DNA of 64,000 bases from Squalus acanthias (GCA_030390025.1 CM059432.1:101434001-101498000), one strand, 5' to 3'. Positions 24,904 through 38,031 are shown, counted from the stretch's first letter. Translations and numbers: made by a program. Notes: generated by a model from the letters alone, not told the origin.

Positions 24904-25217
24904 AGAATCACAGAATCCCCACAGTGCAGATAGAGGCCATTTCGGCCCATCGAGCCTGCACCGACACATATCCCACCCTATCCCCGTAACTCCACGTATT
25001 TAATCCCCCTAACACTAAGGGTCAATTTATCATAGCCAAATCAACCTAACCCGCACATCTTTTGGACTGTGGGAGGAAACCGGAGCACCCGGAGGAAACC
25101 CACGCAGACACGGGGAGAAAGTGCAAACTCCACACAGACAGTCACCCGAGGCCGGATTCGAACCCGGGTCCCTGGCGCTGTGAGGTAACAGTGCTAACCA
25201 CTATGCCACCGTGCTGC
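24903..25217 (-). mobile_element. HE1-type V-SINE (tRNA head, V domain, CR1-derived tail)
   Basis: Minus strand reads GCAGCACGGTGGCATAGTGGTTAGCAC (box A), GGTTCGAATCC (box B), GTGGGTTTCCTCCGGGTGCTCCGGTTTCCTCCCACAGTCCAAAAG (V domain), then a CR1-like tail. Confidence 0.9.
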
Positions 25218-25364
25218 TAGGATGAGATGAAGTAATGTGAGAGGAGGCAAAATACAAGGCTGAAGCGTTTGCAACCATCTTCAGCCAGAAGTGCTGAGCG
25301 GATGATTCATCTCGGCCTCCACCTGATGTCCGCACCATCACAGAAGCCAGTCTTCAGTCAATTT

Positions 25365-25988
25365 ACATAAGATTACACAGGATATCCAGCACAGAAACAG
25401 GCCATTCGGCCCAACCAGTCCATGCCGGCATTTATGCTCCGCTCGAGTCTCCTCCAGTCTTTCCTCATCTAACTCTATCAGCATAACCCTCTATTCCCTT
25501 CTCCCTCATATGCTTACCTAACTGCCCCTTAAATGCATCGATACGATTCGCTTCAACCACTCCCTGTGGCAGCGATTTTCACATTCTCACCACTCTCTGG
25601 GTAAAGAAGTTTCTTCTGAATTCCCTATTGGATTTTTTGGTGACTATCTTATATTGATGGCTTCTAGTTTTGCTCTTCCCCACAAGTGGAAACACTCTCT
25701 CTGTATCTACTCATGATTTTAAAGACCTCGATTAGGTCACCCCTCAGCCCAGCCTTCTGTTTTCAAGAGAAAAGAGACCCAGCCTGTTCATCTTTTCCTG
25801 GTAGGTATACCCTCGCATTTCTGGTATCATCCTTGTAAATCTTCTCTGAACCCTCTCCAGTGCCTCTATATCGTTTTATAATATGGTGACTAAAATTGCA
25901 CACAGTACTCCAAGTGTGGTCTAACCAAGGTTCAATACAAGTTTAGCATAACTTCACTACTTTTCAATTCTATCCCTCTAGAAATAAA
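25365..25988 (-). mobile_element. CR1 3' fragment
   Basis: LVRPHLEYC-like sequence and CR1 3' UTR on the minus strand. Confidence 0.85.
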
Positions 25989-26057
25989 AAATGAGGAGGG
26001 GTAAAAGCTATGGAGCTAGATAGTGAAACTAGCTCTATGGTAGATTAGTGAAATTTT

Positions 26058-28267
26058 GGCCTAGAGTTTTTCTACCTTAGCGCCATCCGTTAGCGCTAGA
26101 ATCATGGCAAAAAAAGGCGGCCGTGACTCTAGCGTCCTTCTCTGGTGCAGGACTCGGCGACCGCCATTTTGGTGAGGGCCTTAGCATTGAACACGAACTT
26201 AAGGTCACGCTCTGTGAACATTGACCTCAGCGCTGAGATTAGCACTGGGTCCTAAGCTTGCTCTGAAAAGCGAGCGTTCAGCAGACTGACAGAGATGCTG
26301 TCAGCACTTCTTAAAGGGGCACACACATCTTTCAGGTAAGTTTACATTTAAGCTTTTGGACTGGATCTTTTTATTTTATTGAAGTAGTGGCTTGCTGCAA
26401 TACATGTTCAAAGTTTTTTTTAAGTGTGCAGGCAGTGCTGTTGGATGCTTGCAAGGCCTCGGATAGTAAAGGAAGGCCTCTGAGAAGTCAGAAAATGCTG
26501 TAAATACTCAGCAGGTCAGGCAGCATCCATGGAGAGAGAAACAGAGTCCATGGAGAGAGAAACAGAGTTCATGTCTCAGGTCGAGTTGCTGCCTGACCTG
26601 CTGAGTATTTCCAGCATTTTATGCTTTTATTTCAGATTTACAGCATTTTCTCGCAGAGGGAAGAGGAAGACGCAGAAGAGGAAGACACAGGAGGTGAGGA
26701 TGCAGGAGTGGAGGAAGCAGAAGGAAGGATGCAACCCAGACAGTCCCTTTCTGGCCAGGATATCCAGGATGGAATCATCCGCCCGCGGTACCAGTGGCCA
26801 CAACATTTCAACATTTGTCCACTCCTTATCTTCCCTCTGTTACTGACCATCACAGCGTCCTCTTGGCCACAATGCTGAAATAAGAGCCACCACAAAACAA
26901 ACTTTCCAATCCAACTTTATACATCTATCCATCCAATATGACTTCAAGAAATCAACTCATCACCCTTACGCATTTCCTTCGTGACTGTCTTGTTTGTGCC
27001 TTTGCCTGTCCTACTGATGTCACGCAATGCTACCCTAGTGGCTGCAGCATGGCTGGTGGAAGGCTGTTCATGTTCAGTGGGAGAGATGGCCTTGGCCATG
27101 GCAAATGGCCTTTCTGGTCGGCCTTGAGGAGCTGGTGGCTGGGAGTGTGAAATCGAGTGATGGTGTTTCTTCTTCTTCTTCTTCACTCTCCTCTCCCTCT
27201 TCTTGGTCAACTAATGGCTGGGCAGGTTGCATTTCTTGGGTGTGTGAAATGCAGATGGCACAAGATTAGAGTTATGGTGAGGGGAGGGCAGGAAACCAAG
27301 AGGTGCATGCGAGAAAGTGGATAATGTATGAGGATACCAGCGTCTTGTACATTTTCAGCCCCGCTGCTGGCCAAGGGCTCAGCCATGCCCCTGCCAAGAA
27401 TGGCCAGCACCATTTCCTCCAAGGAGTTGAGGTGAAGCTAGGAATGGGAGGTGTGCCTCATGTTTGGTACAGATTGTTGGTAGGTGAGTGATTGATTAGG
27501 GGGGATTCGTGCATTGAGCAGTGTGTGAGGTTAGTGGTGCAGTTGGTAGAAGACGGCTTTTGAAGATTCATTCATTGACCTTGATCACTGGCCTGAGGTC
27601 ATGAAGCTACTTTGGGCACTGGGGCCAGGTGGTGGGTGCGACACTGCTGGCAGTGACGGCCTCGGTGATCTGGTCCCACATCCTTATTTCTGGTGAACCT
27701 CTGGGCCCCTGTAGGTAGAAGACCTCTCTTGCAGTGTTGACCCCCTGCACAAAGCTGGAGTGCTGCATGCGAGAACCTGGGTGCCCCTTCCCTGGCTTGC
27801 TAAGCCATTTGCGTTAGTGCTGAAGCACTTTTCCCATTTTTTTAGGTGTGGAAGGGAATTCAGCTTTAAGAGCCAAAGACTCTCATTTGGGAATTCTTTA
27901 AAAAAAAAATTTCCCCGAAGGCAGTTGAGCCATAAGGGCTAAAAACTGCCAATTTTTATATGATTTTTATTTTTTATTTCAGAAGGCAGTTCCCCTTTAA
28001 GGGACCGAACTGCTTTCTGAAATGACAGCCTTGCTTTCAGAGCAGGCTCTTCTTGCTGCAATGACGCTACGGTCACGCTACATTGGGGCCTCCTGCCGGG
28101 ATGAACGCTGCCGGAACAGCGTTGCACAGTGAGTTTAGTGCTGGGCTAATGCTAATTAGCCACTGGCAGCAAATTTTCTGTCCTGCCAGCGCCACCATTT
28201 TCGGCGGCCGTTAACACTAGCCCACGGTGGCACCGGCAGCTTTTTACCGCTATCGAATTTTTAGCCC
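26058..28267 (-). mobile_element. Internally deleted Harbinger derivative: Myb remnant on minus, acidic transposase C-terminus on plus, and a captured palindrome
   Basis: TIR-like ends GGCCTAGAGTTT / AATTTTTAGCCC. Collinear with 19327-21079 and 47858-49624. The TSD is not intact. Confidence 0.75.
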
Positions 28268-29809
28268 ATAATACGGCGGGGAAAGGATAAATAGCTGTTA
28301 GTTGCTTTGGTTTCGAGACTAATAATAGCTTGTGTGGCTTATGCCACCATACACAATGGGGAAAGCAAAGCATTTCCACTGATTAAGCCCCTAACTACAC
28401 AAAACATTTTGTATATGTATAATTTTAGAACTCCTGTTCCTGCAAGGACCAGATTGGCCAGGGTTGAATAATGAATAATGATTGATTATTCTGGAGATCA
28501 GATTTTTTTATGTTGAATTTTCTCTTAGGAAAGTGAATGGGTGGGTAGAATCCATGAGCAAGTCGATTCTGTGGGTGTGTGAAAAGAGCAGGCTTGATAG
28601 GTCAAATCATTTCTTCTCATTTCATACTTATGTATACTGTTGATTATTCAGTCTCACAAGCTGACTGAGCTGCAGGATCAACTTTACAGCTGTATATTTT
28701 GCTGTTATACTTCATATATACTCATTAATATTAACTGCTTTCATCTTTCATAGTTAAGAATGCAGATATAACCATGGATCTTGCACTAAGCAGGGAGCCT
28801 GTAATTGATCACCAGAAGGCTTTTCCAACTATTGATTATGGTTTCACCAGATGAAGCTGTTTTATTTGTCAAGGGTACTTTGAACCCACCAATGGTCTAA
28901 CATCGATTAAACAATTTGAAGTTTCATTGTGGAAAACAAGAGTTGACATTCCTCTCTGAAGCTGTCTCAAAAAGTAGACATTTGTAAAGAGTGGTGGAAT
29001 AGCAAGAGAAAGTAGCAATGGATTAATTATTCATGCTTTGACCATTCCTAGAAGTACTGCTGGAAAGTTGGAAAAATGTCAATTTGTTAAAGATCATGAA
29101 TAAACAATAAGCAGCATTTCACAACTATAAAGAAATGCTGAAAGAGGAGCACTTTATGAAGCTTCAGACCTAACATAAGTGAGGAATACTGCCGCTAAGA
29201 TTTATGAGTAACAGGAGAGCAATTAGTGCTGGAGTTTTCTGAGAGAGGCCATGGAAACAGCAGGAGAAGGTCAGGGCATTTTGTGCATGCAGAGGCCATG
29301 AAGGCTCGGGTGCTGCCCTCGGCATTAGGTCTGCTGCAGAAGAGTTAGCTACCAGAGCATAACTGAGGAGAAAAGCCGAAGGAATCGGAGTATAATTAGA
29401 AAAGTAGTAACTGATAAATACCCACATGGTACACAAAATTAGCAGGGACATTCAACCAGTCACAAAAGGTCACCGCTGTCATCCACACATCATGATTTCA
29501 AGCTGCCTTACCATGTACCATTCCATTAATAAGATAATTGAAGCACTGTATTGATATTCAACCCGCTACACACACCTCATTAAGAATCAGCGGCAGACCA
29601 GCTACTGAAAGCCGAGACACAGAAACAACAGCATCCATTTATTTCAGCGAGAACTGCAACTGGATATTATTTTCTTTTGGGCACATTTGCAATCACAGAA
29701 CTGGTATTTGTCATTACTTTTGTGCTTCCTGTGTACTGCATATTTTGCTTGGCTTTTGGACAACTGTTCCCTGTACACACAGCTAGTTTCCCCCCCCCAA
29801 AATATGCCG

Positions 29810-30086
29810 ATGTTGGTTGAGGGATAAATATTGACCAGGACACCAGGATGAACTCCTTTCTTTGAAATACTGCCGTGGGATCTTTTACGTCCACCTGAGA
29901 GGGCAGAAGGGGCCTTGGTTTAATGAGTCAGCCAAAGGGCGGCACCTCCGACAGTGCAGCACTCCCTCAGTACTGCACTGCACTGAGTATCTGTCTGAAT
30001 TTTGTGCTCAAGTCTCTGGAGAAGGACTTGAAATCACAATCTTCTGACTCAGAGGCAAGAATGCTACCAACTGAGCCATGGCTGAC
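29810..30086 (-). mobile_element. tRNA-derived Deu-domain SINE (SacSINE1/AmnSINE-like)
   Basis: Minus strand has a GTCAGCCATGGCTCAGTTGGTAGCA head and a Deu-like GGTGTCCTGGTCAATATTTATCCCTCAACCAAC. Confidence 0.8.
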
Positions 30087-30499
30087 ATCATGTAGATCAC
30101 AGAAAACTACCACTAACTGAGACACACACTCGGGAGCAAGGTCATGCAACCTGTGTAATTGCACAGGGCCCCATGCTCTGAGTGGCAGGCGTGCATGTCA
30201 ATCAGTGTGTGCCTGCTCTCAGGTTAGGTTAACATGGCATCATCGGCTTGTGATGGGAAGTGAGTGTCTCAACAGTGCGGAAATGAATGGGAGAGAGAGA
30301 AAGAGAGGTGGGGGAGAGAAGCTGTAATTACAACAAATAATTCTTGAACAGTGCAAATAGTTAATCTGAGGTAAGAGCGCTGTGAATGTGTGCGAACGTC
30401 AGTGCGTGAAGAGTCAGGCAGGTTACTCCCTTGTTTAATAAAACGTAGGCGCCTCAAACTGAATTGTTATCAAGAGGCGCCTACAAGGAAAACACCACC

Positions 30500-31377
30500 C
30501 CTGCTCAGGAGCATTTTACTTAGCTTCTCCATATCTATCAAGGCAGTGAAAATGCGCCTTTAAGAGTCTTACAGTTTTCTTAATTACAACTCTTGCAGAA
30601 GCACGTGCCTCATTGTAATGCTCCTTAGCTGCTGTTCTTGTAACTCACAGAGGGCTCATGATCCACGATAGCCGGGGCTGTGCTTTGTCACTCAGAGGCC
30701 ATCCAGTTACCTGACTATCTTCTTTGACGAGATCAGGGAGGGATCAATTCCTGAGGATAAAAGCGTCATGGCGACTTTCAATGAACCTGGCGTTGATGTG
30801 CAGAATTCTTTGCATCTTGTCACACATGATCTGTACATTCAGAAAGTGGAAGCTCTTTCTATTCTGAAGGTTTAGTGGGTTTACTGTAGGAGTTTGCAAT
30901 ACTGTTGCACCCTGCACTTTGGGGATCTCAGAAATGTAATAAAATTGCACAGCTCTATCATACTGTGGCTTGGCAGTCATGCCGAACTAAATGAACTCCC
31001 CAACTCTCCTAAAAATGGTGCCAGTAACCTGACAAATGCATGCCCGGTTAGCTCCATGTGTCTGCTCAAAATGAGCTGGTGGTATAAAAGTTGTGTGCCA
31101 TGGTAACTTTTACTGCCACAGCTACCCAGGTAGATATTCTTGGCTATAGGTCTTCATGCAGAAGGTGGCACAGCCCTCCTATAGCCTCACTGATAAAATG
31201 CACTCTTCTTAAACAAAGCTCCTTACTGAGGTCTTCGTAAGTTGTTTTGAGGGAAATAATGTTTTGAGGGTACATCTTCTTCAAATACTGCCTCACCCTC
31301 CTTTCCTTCATCCTGTACTGCTCCTCCTTCCCCTCCATTAAAATAGCAAAGAAGGAAATGCCCATTGGGAATCCCAT
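30500..31377 (-). pseudogene. Decayed Harbinger (HARBI1-like, DDE_Tnp_4) transposase
   Basis: LSKELCLRRVHF..LCHLLHEDL, VAVKVT..NFYTTSSF, NRKSFHFLNVQIMCD, NARF..SRHDAFIL and YNEAR..ARVVIKKT..LLKAHFHCLD. Multiple stops and frameshifts. A TIR-like AAAATCACCCCC ends at 31958. Confidence 0.85.
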
Positions 31378-31984
31378 GAATATATCTCAGAACCTCTTAA
31401 TTTGTCGGGATGGAAAATTACCCAGTGATCTCACAAGCCAGAGGCAAATATCAGTTTTGTCCAGGTACACAGCTAAAAACTCTGCTCCATAAATCCAACA
31501 AACACTTTTGCAAGCTTCTCCAGGCTGGAAGTTCCGAATTAAGGCATTTCTGCCAATATTGACTGATGCTGGCAACAGCTACTTCTCTTTTATCTCAGCA
31601 TGAATTACCTTTGGTGCAATGGGGTTTCTAATCCCAGAATTTGGGCACTCCTACGATGTTCTGAGTCATTTGCATATATTATGATATATTATAATGGGTT
31701 CCCAGCAGCATTGGCATGCACGCTGTCAGAAGGCCCCAGATCCGACTACCCGCTTAGCTCACTCATGGAGCCGCCAAATTTTCGGCCCCCAGGTGTGGCA
31801 AAACGCCCGTTAGCACCAACAAACAACTGGCGGCTCGCCCAAATTATGTTGATAAGGCTTGAACCTGAAAATTGTTCGGGCCTTCTGATGCTGGCTTCGG
31901 GTAGGCTGAATGGCTACTCAGCCCATTTCACGCCCGATCAAAGTTAAAAATCACCCCCGTACAGATTTGAGTGCAGGTAGAAAT

Positions 31985-32580
31985 GACAATAAAAGGCAAT
32001 AGAAGTGATGTTCAATTTGTACAAGACATTGGTTAGGCTACATTTGTGCTATTGCATGCAGTTCTCAGAACCCCATTATAGGAAGGATATTACAGCCACA
32101 TAGAGGTTACATTAAAGATTCACTAGAATGATACCAGGAATAAGCAGTTATAGCTATCAGCAAGGACTCAAAAGATTGGAGTTTATCACTGCAACAGAAA
32201 AGGTTAAGGAGGGATCTAATGGACATTTTCAAATGTGTGAAAGGTTTCAAGAGGTTAAATAGTGAAAAATTATTTCCAATAGATGGTAATTCAGTAATAA
32301 GGGGAAATAAACTCAGGATTAATATAAGAAGAGCAAAAGGAGGTTGGATTAAATTCTTTCACCGCAGGTTATTAGAACATGGATTGCTCTACCATAAGTG
32401 GCTATTGAGGCAGAGACTGTAACACCATTTAAAAGGATTGGACAAGTATTTGAAATGGAACAATATTGAGAATACTGAGAAAGGGCAGAGAAATGGGAGG
32501 AGAATAGATAGCTCCAGTTGAGGAGTTAGCCCTGACACAGGCGCAATGGACTGAATGGCCTCCACTGTAATTTCTACAAT
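31985..32580 (+). mobile_element. Old CR1 3' fragment
   Basis: LYKTLVRLHL and RFTRMIPG remnants plus a CR1-like 3' UTR. Confidence 0.75.
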
Positions 32581-33420
32581 TTTATTAACTGCCCCCTCAA
32601 ATATGCTATGCAACTCGCAGCTGCAGACCTGTTCAATAAAATAAGAGAATAAATATACTGGCATGATGATTAGGGATAATTCCATTTGTCCTCATTATCC
32701 ATCATAACCAGTGACCCTACCCTATTATCCAATTGGATCTAGACAATTGTAAGCTGCTATTGATTGTTATATGGATGATGCAGTAATATTATGGTTTCAC
32801 TTGGTAGATAGCAGGTGCAAAATCAAATGTTAATCATGGCAGTCGCATAAAATCTCAGGGTTCAATAAGACACATTAAAAAGGTTACAAACATAAACACA
32901 TATGAAAATTGGTGGACACATTGGTAAATACATTATAATCTTAGCACCTTTTTACCAAGCAATTAGCCAAGAAATAAAGACAATATAGAAGATCGTCATT
33001 TAGCATCTTCAATTTTGGCACTCTTTTGGAAATTAAGGTTCTGAGATCTGGCACAGAATTATTAAGTGGATTGTAGATGCCTTGAGGATGAATATGCATA
33101 ATCAATACTGAAGCCTTCACTAAACTATGACTCAGGGCTCTATCTCAGTGAAGTTGAATGCAAGTTGTAATTAATAGTCAGACTATCATCTCATTGCGCA
33201 AGTGTCCTTTAGACTGGGGATTATGTGACCCTTCTGGTTCAAAAAGATAACTGATAGTTTATTGATTAAATCAGCAATGTAAGTAGTAAGTAATTATCTA
33301 ATTATTGTGAGCTACTGTTGCCTTCGTGAAATAGCTTACAAAATATAAAGATGGTCAACAAAATATATTGCTCTAGAATTAAATTGTGTTATGTTGCTAG
33401 CTTTGCTTTTTAAATACCGA

Positions 33421-33966
33421 GGGGGCGGTTTTAACCCTACCCCCCACACCACCCTTCCCACAACCAGGTGAGTAAGCAGTTAAAATGCCCAGAGTTACTT
33501 ATTCCGCACCCCCCCCTCCCCCAAGAGAAACTAGGATCCTGTAATTTTATCTTACTCTTCTGAGCAGACGATAGGGACCTCGGCGGTGGGGTCCTTCCTT
33601 ACACATGCAAAGAACTTTAAACCCAGAATAAATCAGCTCCAGAAGAGGCCAAAAAAGTTAAGTGTTTTTCTTAATTTATGGGGCCAGGAGGAATAGAAGT
33701 GCTCCTCTGGACCCTACAAGGAAAGTTTAGGCCTCCCCTGCCCTGGATTCACCCACCCAGGTGTGTGACTAAGGGCCGCCCAATTTTCCACAAGCTGAAA
33801 GCTGCTTTCCGCCTACTTCTTACCAATTCATGTTAATGAGGCTAGGGAGTTGAAATAGCCCAGGCCTTATTTCTGCAGCAGCGGGCGAGTTTCCAACTCA
33901 CCACGCCACGCCACACTCCCTCGCCTGCCCCCCGACACCGCCCCCCCCGGAGTTAAAATCGGGGCC
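33421..33966. mobile_element. Harbinger-like MITE
   Basis: TIRs GGGGGCGGTTTTAAC / GTTAAAATCGGGGCC. Near-TSD CGA/CTA. Confidence 0.6.
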
Positions 33967-34519
33967 CTAGTTTCATGTTTACATGTTCATTGCTCACAAA
34001 AATTTCCATACTCGCATTCAATTGAGGCATCTTTCCCAGTTTTCCCATATACACAAGTTTAGAATTCCTCTGGTTGCTACGTGTGATGACATTGCAAACC
34101 TGGTTGTGAAGAATTCAGAAGAGTAATTTCACAAATTAATGGTCGTGGCACAGAAACTCACCCATTAGGAACACATATCGGGAATTCAGGCATATGCTCT
34201 GGACGATTTAAATAATAATGGGGCAGAAATGATTGGTAGAAAATTGTGGTGAGCATGTGTCTGACTTATCACTTCATCATTGCTGTATTAGAAATAATGA
34301 CCTTAATGATCTCTTCTTTGCAACAAAAAGGTCCCAAAAAACTTACACGAAAAGAGCTGGGTATAGTGGGGTAGAAATCCAGTGAAATTACTTTTAACCT
34401 TTTAACACATCTTAATAATAAATTTCAGATTATACATAGCATAAATAGCTCGCAAATAAAAGGACCAGGAAGAGTTATAGAACTTTAATTTCTTGAAGTT
34501 TTTCTATTTTTTCTTCAGC

Positions 34520-34880
34520 GCAGTGACGGTTTGTGGGCATCAGCAGTAACTCCAGTACCACATCCAAGTGGCCACCCATCAAGTGTGTATTAGTAAGCTA
34601 TTTAACCATGAGGTCATCAAAACCAAGTTTGCTCCTGTTCTTAGCCAAGGCCCACACAAATGCATCATCTAGTAGATGATCCTGAATGGTGATCAGGAGT
34701 AAAATTCTTGGGTGATTCTTCCCTTCCCTAGACTAGGAGACAGTGGCCACTCCTAGTCGTACTCCACCTTCCCAGCTGACATTAACCAGCTTAGCACAAA
34801 CCAAAGGTTGATAGTGGGACCTTCTTGGTCTATCTGGCTCCATAGTACACCAAGTATGTACTTAATACAGTTAAACTACA
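34520..34880 (-). mobile_element. Probable ancient tRNA-derived SINE
   Basis: Degenerate tRNA-like head at the right end. Family not resolved. Confidence 0.35.
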
Positions 34881-35814
34881 GTAAGGGCACCTCTGATTTT
34901 GATAAGTAAATTTATAATTTTTTGAATGATACAAGTTGCTAGTTGCAAATTTCAGTCTAATGTTTCAGATAATCTAACAGTTCACAAGAGTTGCTGAAAC
35001 AATGTTTTTTAACACAGATGTTACTTGGCGATGTTATTTGCAGATTTTGCGTGTTTAATGTGGCTTTTGACATCTTAAATTTATGATAGCAATCAATAGT
35101 CAACTTTGGTAATACCATGCTTGACAAAGATGTAGAGAGTCTATATGTCCTGTAGATTAATGTGTACTAGCTATTCAATCAACAATGTTAAGTCCATTAC
35201 ACTGGTGCTAGATAATGCGCGTTGTAATTAATAGCTAAATTATGGCTTCACCATCCAACAAGAATTGGAGATAGCTGGAAGAATAATGCATTCTGTAAAA
35301 ATCAATCATACCATTGTGTTTTTATCTCTGCAGTGCTTCCATATATTTATCAGATCATTGCCTGCCCACTACTGTACATATTTTAATAAAGGAATTTTTC
35401 AAAATCTTTGTAAAGAATGGAAATGTGAAGCGAATTTACTTAATCTCATTAGGTGGCCCGAACCCCAAATTACAAATAAAATAATTATGTTACTGGTTTT
35501 GTTGTTGTAGCATTCAATCTGCAGGAAAGCTACAACACAAATGGACCAATCACACTCAAGGCTCATGCTTAGCTATTTTTCATAGACATTGAACTTAATT
35601 TGAGAGCTGCAGCTATCCCTAGCATACATTATTCTCCATTAAGAAAATTAATCAGAGTCTAAGAAGACTGATGCTCGAATGGAAATACAAAATCTGAGCA
35701 CTATGTTGCTGAAATAATAACAATTCTGAGTTTTCTAACCTCAGTGAGGAAGTCGCTGTGAGTTACAAATGTTGGAATGATGGAAGAAAGTGCCAACAAA
35801 CAACTGTCCATGCT

Positions 35815-36058
35815 AATACAAAAATGGAAAATTCTGGAAATACTCAGCAGGTCAGGCAGCATCTGTGGAGAGAGAAATGTGGTTAACGTTTCAGTTCGAA
35901 TACCTTTTGTTAGACTGGCAGTTCTAACGAAAGGTCATTGGCCTGAAACGTTAACTCTGTTTCTCGCTCCACAGATGCTGCCTGACCTGCTGAGTATTTC
36001 CAGCATTTTTTATTTTTATTTCAGATTTCCAGAATCCGCAGTATTTTGCTTTTGTTTT
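35815..36058. mobile_element. Palindromic retroelement remnant, probably Penelope-like, with degenerate minimal hammerhead motifs
   Basis: About 80-bp inverted arms (CTGGAAATACTCAGCAGGTCAGGCAGCATCTGTGGAG / CTCCACAGATGCTGCCTGACCTGCTGAGTATTTCCAG). 12-bp TSD ACTGTCCATGCT / ACTGGCCATGCT. Core CTAACGA-AAGGTCATTGGCCT-GAAACGTTA. Confidence 0.7.
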
Positions 36059-36374
36059 ACTGGCCATGCTGGTGTGACTCTGAGCATTCCTACTTCTAAA
36101 AGGCCAGTGAAAAGTAAGAAAAAAACATATTTAATTAGAAAAGGCCCTGTAAAAGAATATTGATGAAGAACTTGTGAAGTTCCGCAGCTGTAGACTCACT
36201 TCAAAAAGTGAGTATTTTACTCCAGGTGTGATCTGGAGCCAATAGCAGGGAAAGTTTCAAAGTATCACCAGAGCAATTAGTGCAAAGGTTTCCTGCCAAT
36301 GAGCATGCCTGTAGTGGTCTTTAATGGATATATCACAATGGAAAGAGAAGAGAAAGAGGTAATGGCCTGGGAGC

Positions 36375-38031
36375 TGTAAGGGGTTTGTGCCTGTGTCTCT
36401 CAGAGACGGTGCTGGTGCGAGGTTCGGCCTTCGTTGCCTAATACTATTGCTTGCTCTGGTCTCCGGCCAGCCTTATTGCAATAAGCACCTGTGAGTGGTT
36501 CGACCCACTCGCCCTTACGGTTCTAACACTGGACTTAGGTGCAGGGAGCAGTAATGCAGAGAAAACTCAAATAGACCCGGTTGAATAGTACGAAATGGAA
36601 ATCTTTATTGCATAGCGTCCAAAATCATGAAGTACATGTCATAGGCGCAAATTAACGAGAGTACAAGTATACATACATTCATAAAGCTTGGTCTATGGAA
36701 ATGAAGAACGCACGGCACATCGTAAAAAGGGGAACACATTATACTTTAACCTTAATAACCACCCTCCCTTAACAATACCTACACTACGTCTAGATTTGTA
36801 GGATCGTGAAACATGCTCACCACTCGTGTTACTTCGGAGAATTTTAAAGTGAGGCACTCGGCTCGTTTCGCTGCAGCGCCTGACTGTCACGTGTTTGGAA
36901 GGGTCTCTGTACCCCACTTGTTTATCTTCGCTGCTGCGACAAGCAGGCCAGGCTCTCTGTTGTCATGAAGAACTCGGTCGAACTCGGACACAGTTCAAAG
37001 AAGAGTCTTCCTGTTCCCGACACCGGTTGTCGGTAGATTTCAATGAAGAGTTCTTTATTTATATTTTTGGGCGCGGTCGGGGTTTACTGACCGTGGCGGC
37101 ACGTGAATTCTTCTTCTTTTCTTCTCGTCTCGTCTTTTCGGGCCTCCGGGTCCAAACACCGTTTACCGACCCTCGGGATGGTGCACCCGGTCACTTGCCC
37201 TTGTCGGGGCGGCTCGTTCAGATTGAGCTCCACCCAACATTCGAATAACTGACCAGTACGGCTAAAAGTCAAGAGTCAACAAAGTCCAGCCCTAAGGAAG
37301 AGCTTCAGCCAGCGATCGAGCGAGTCAAAAAGAGAATAAGAGTTCAGCAGTCAGCAGCGAGATAAGAGAATAAGAGTCGAATCAAGAGACCGATGGACAT
37401 TTGTTCACTATAGTTATAGTGATGTGTTCCCTTATCTCCCGCTCAAATCTTAATGTTTGTCCTTTGTGTAATACTGGTGCACAAAACTCCCAACATGGGG
37501 CGGTTGTCTTCTTTAACGGGTTTCGGTAGCACCTGAAACTGGCCAACTACCCGTTAATGTTTTCCCCATTGTTGACCCAGCCAGGATTGTATGAATCGTC
37601 TCCCTGACTGGTTTTGGGGGCCCCCGAATACTGTTTAATCACCCGTCAATGTCTCTCTCATTGTAGAGCCGGGGGGGTATTTGTGTATTGATGTGTCTGG
37701 ATGGGCCTTCGATTGCCCAGTACAATGATCCTTGCTTGTGCATGAAAAACGATTCCAGCACTTATATCTTTGCTATTGTTTCAAATGCAAGCGGGTTGCA
37801 TCCTGTCTTTATCAGTGTTTACCGAGTATGATCCAATCTTATATTGAATGTTTATTCGACGCCATCTTGTCTGCCCACTGTATTTCTGGAAGCTTCTGCC
37901 ACGATGCTCGGCGGCCATTTTACAGGCTTCTGCGTCCTTTATATCAGGACAGCATTTCGTTTAATAAAACTGATCAAACGAATCTGCCTCTCTCTTGTTA
38001 TTTTGAATCGCGATAATTGCGAAACTTTACA
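36375..38031 (-). mobile_element. Solo LTR, 1657 bp (ERV or Gypsy)
   Basis: TGTAA...TTACA termini. 4-bp TSD GAGC at 36371-36374 and 38032-38035. On minus, AATAAA at 36604-36609 and TATAA at 37414-37418. CpG-rich relative to the flanks. Confidence 0.8.

Noticed and set aside
25130..25217. tRNA gene
   Set aside because: The A and B boxes are the head of an HE1 SINE and continue into the V domain.
26527..26568. 21-bp tandem duplication (similar small duplications at about 22955 and 55755-55820)
   Set aside because: Ordinary slippage or repair duplications with no sign of function.
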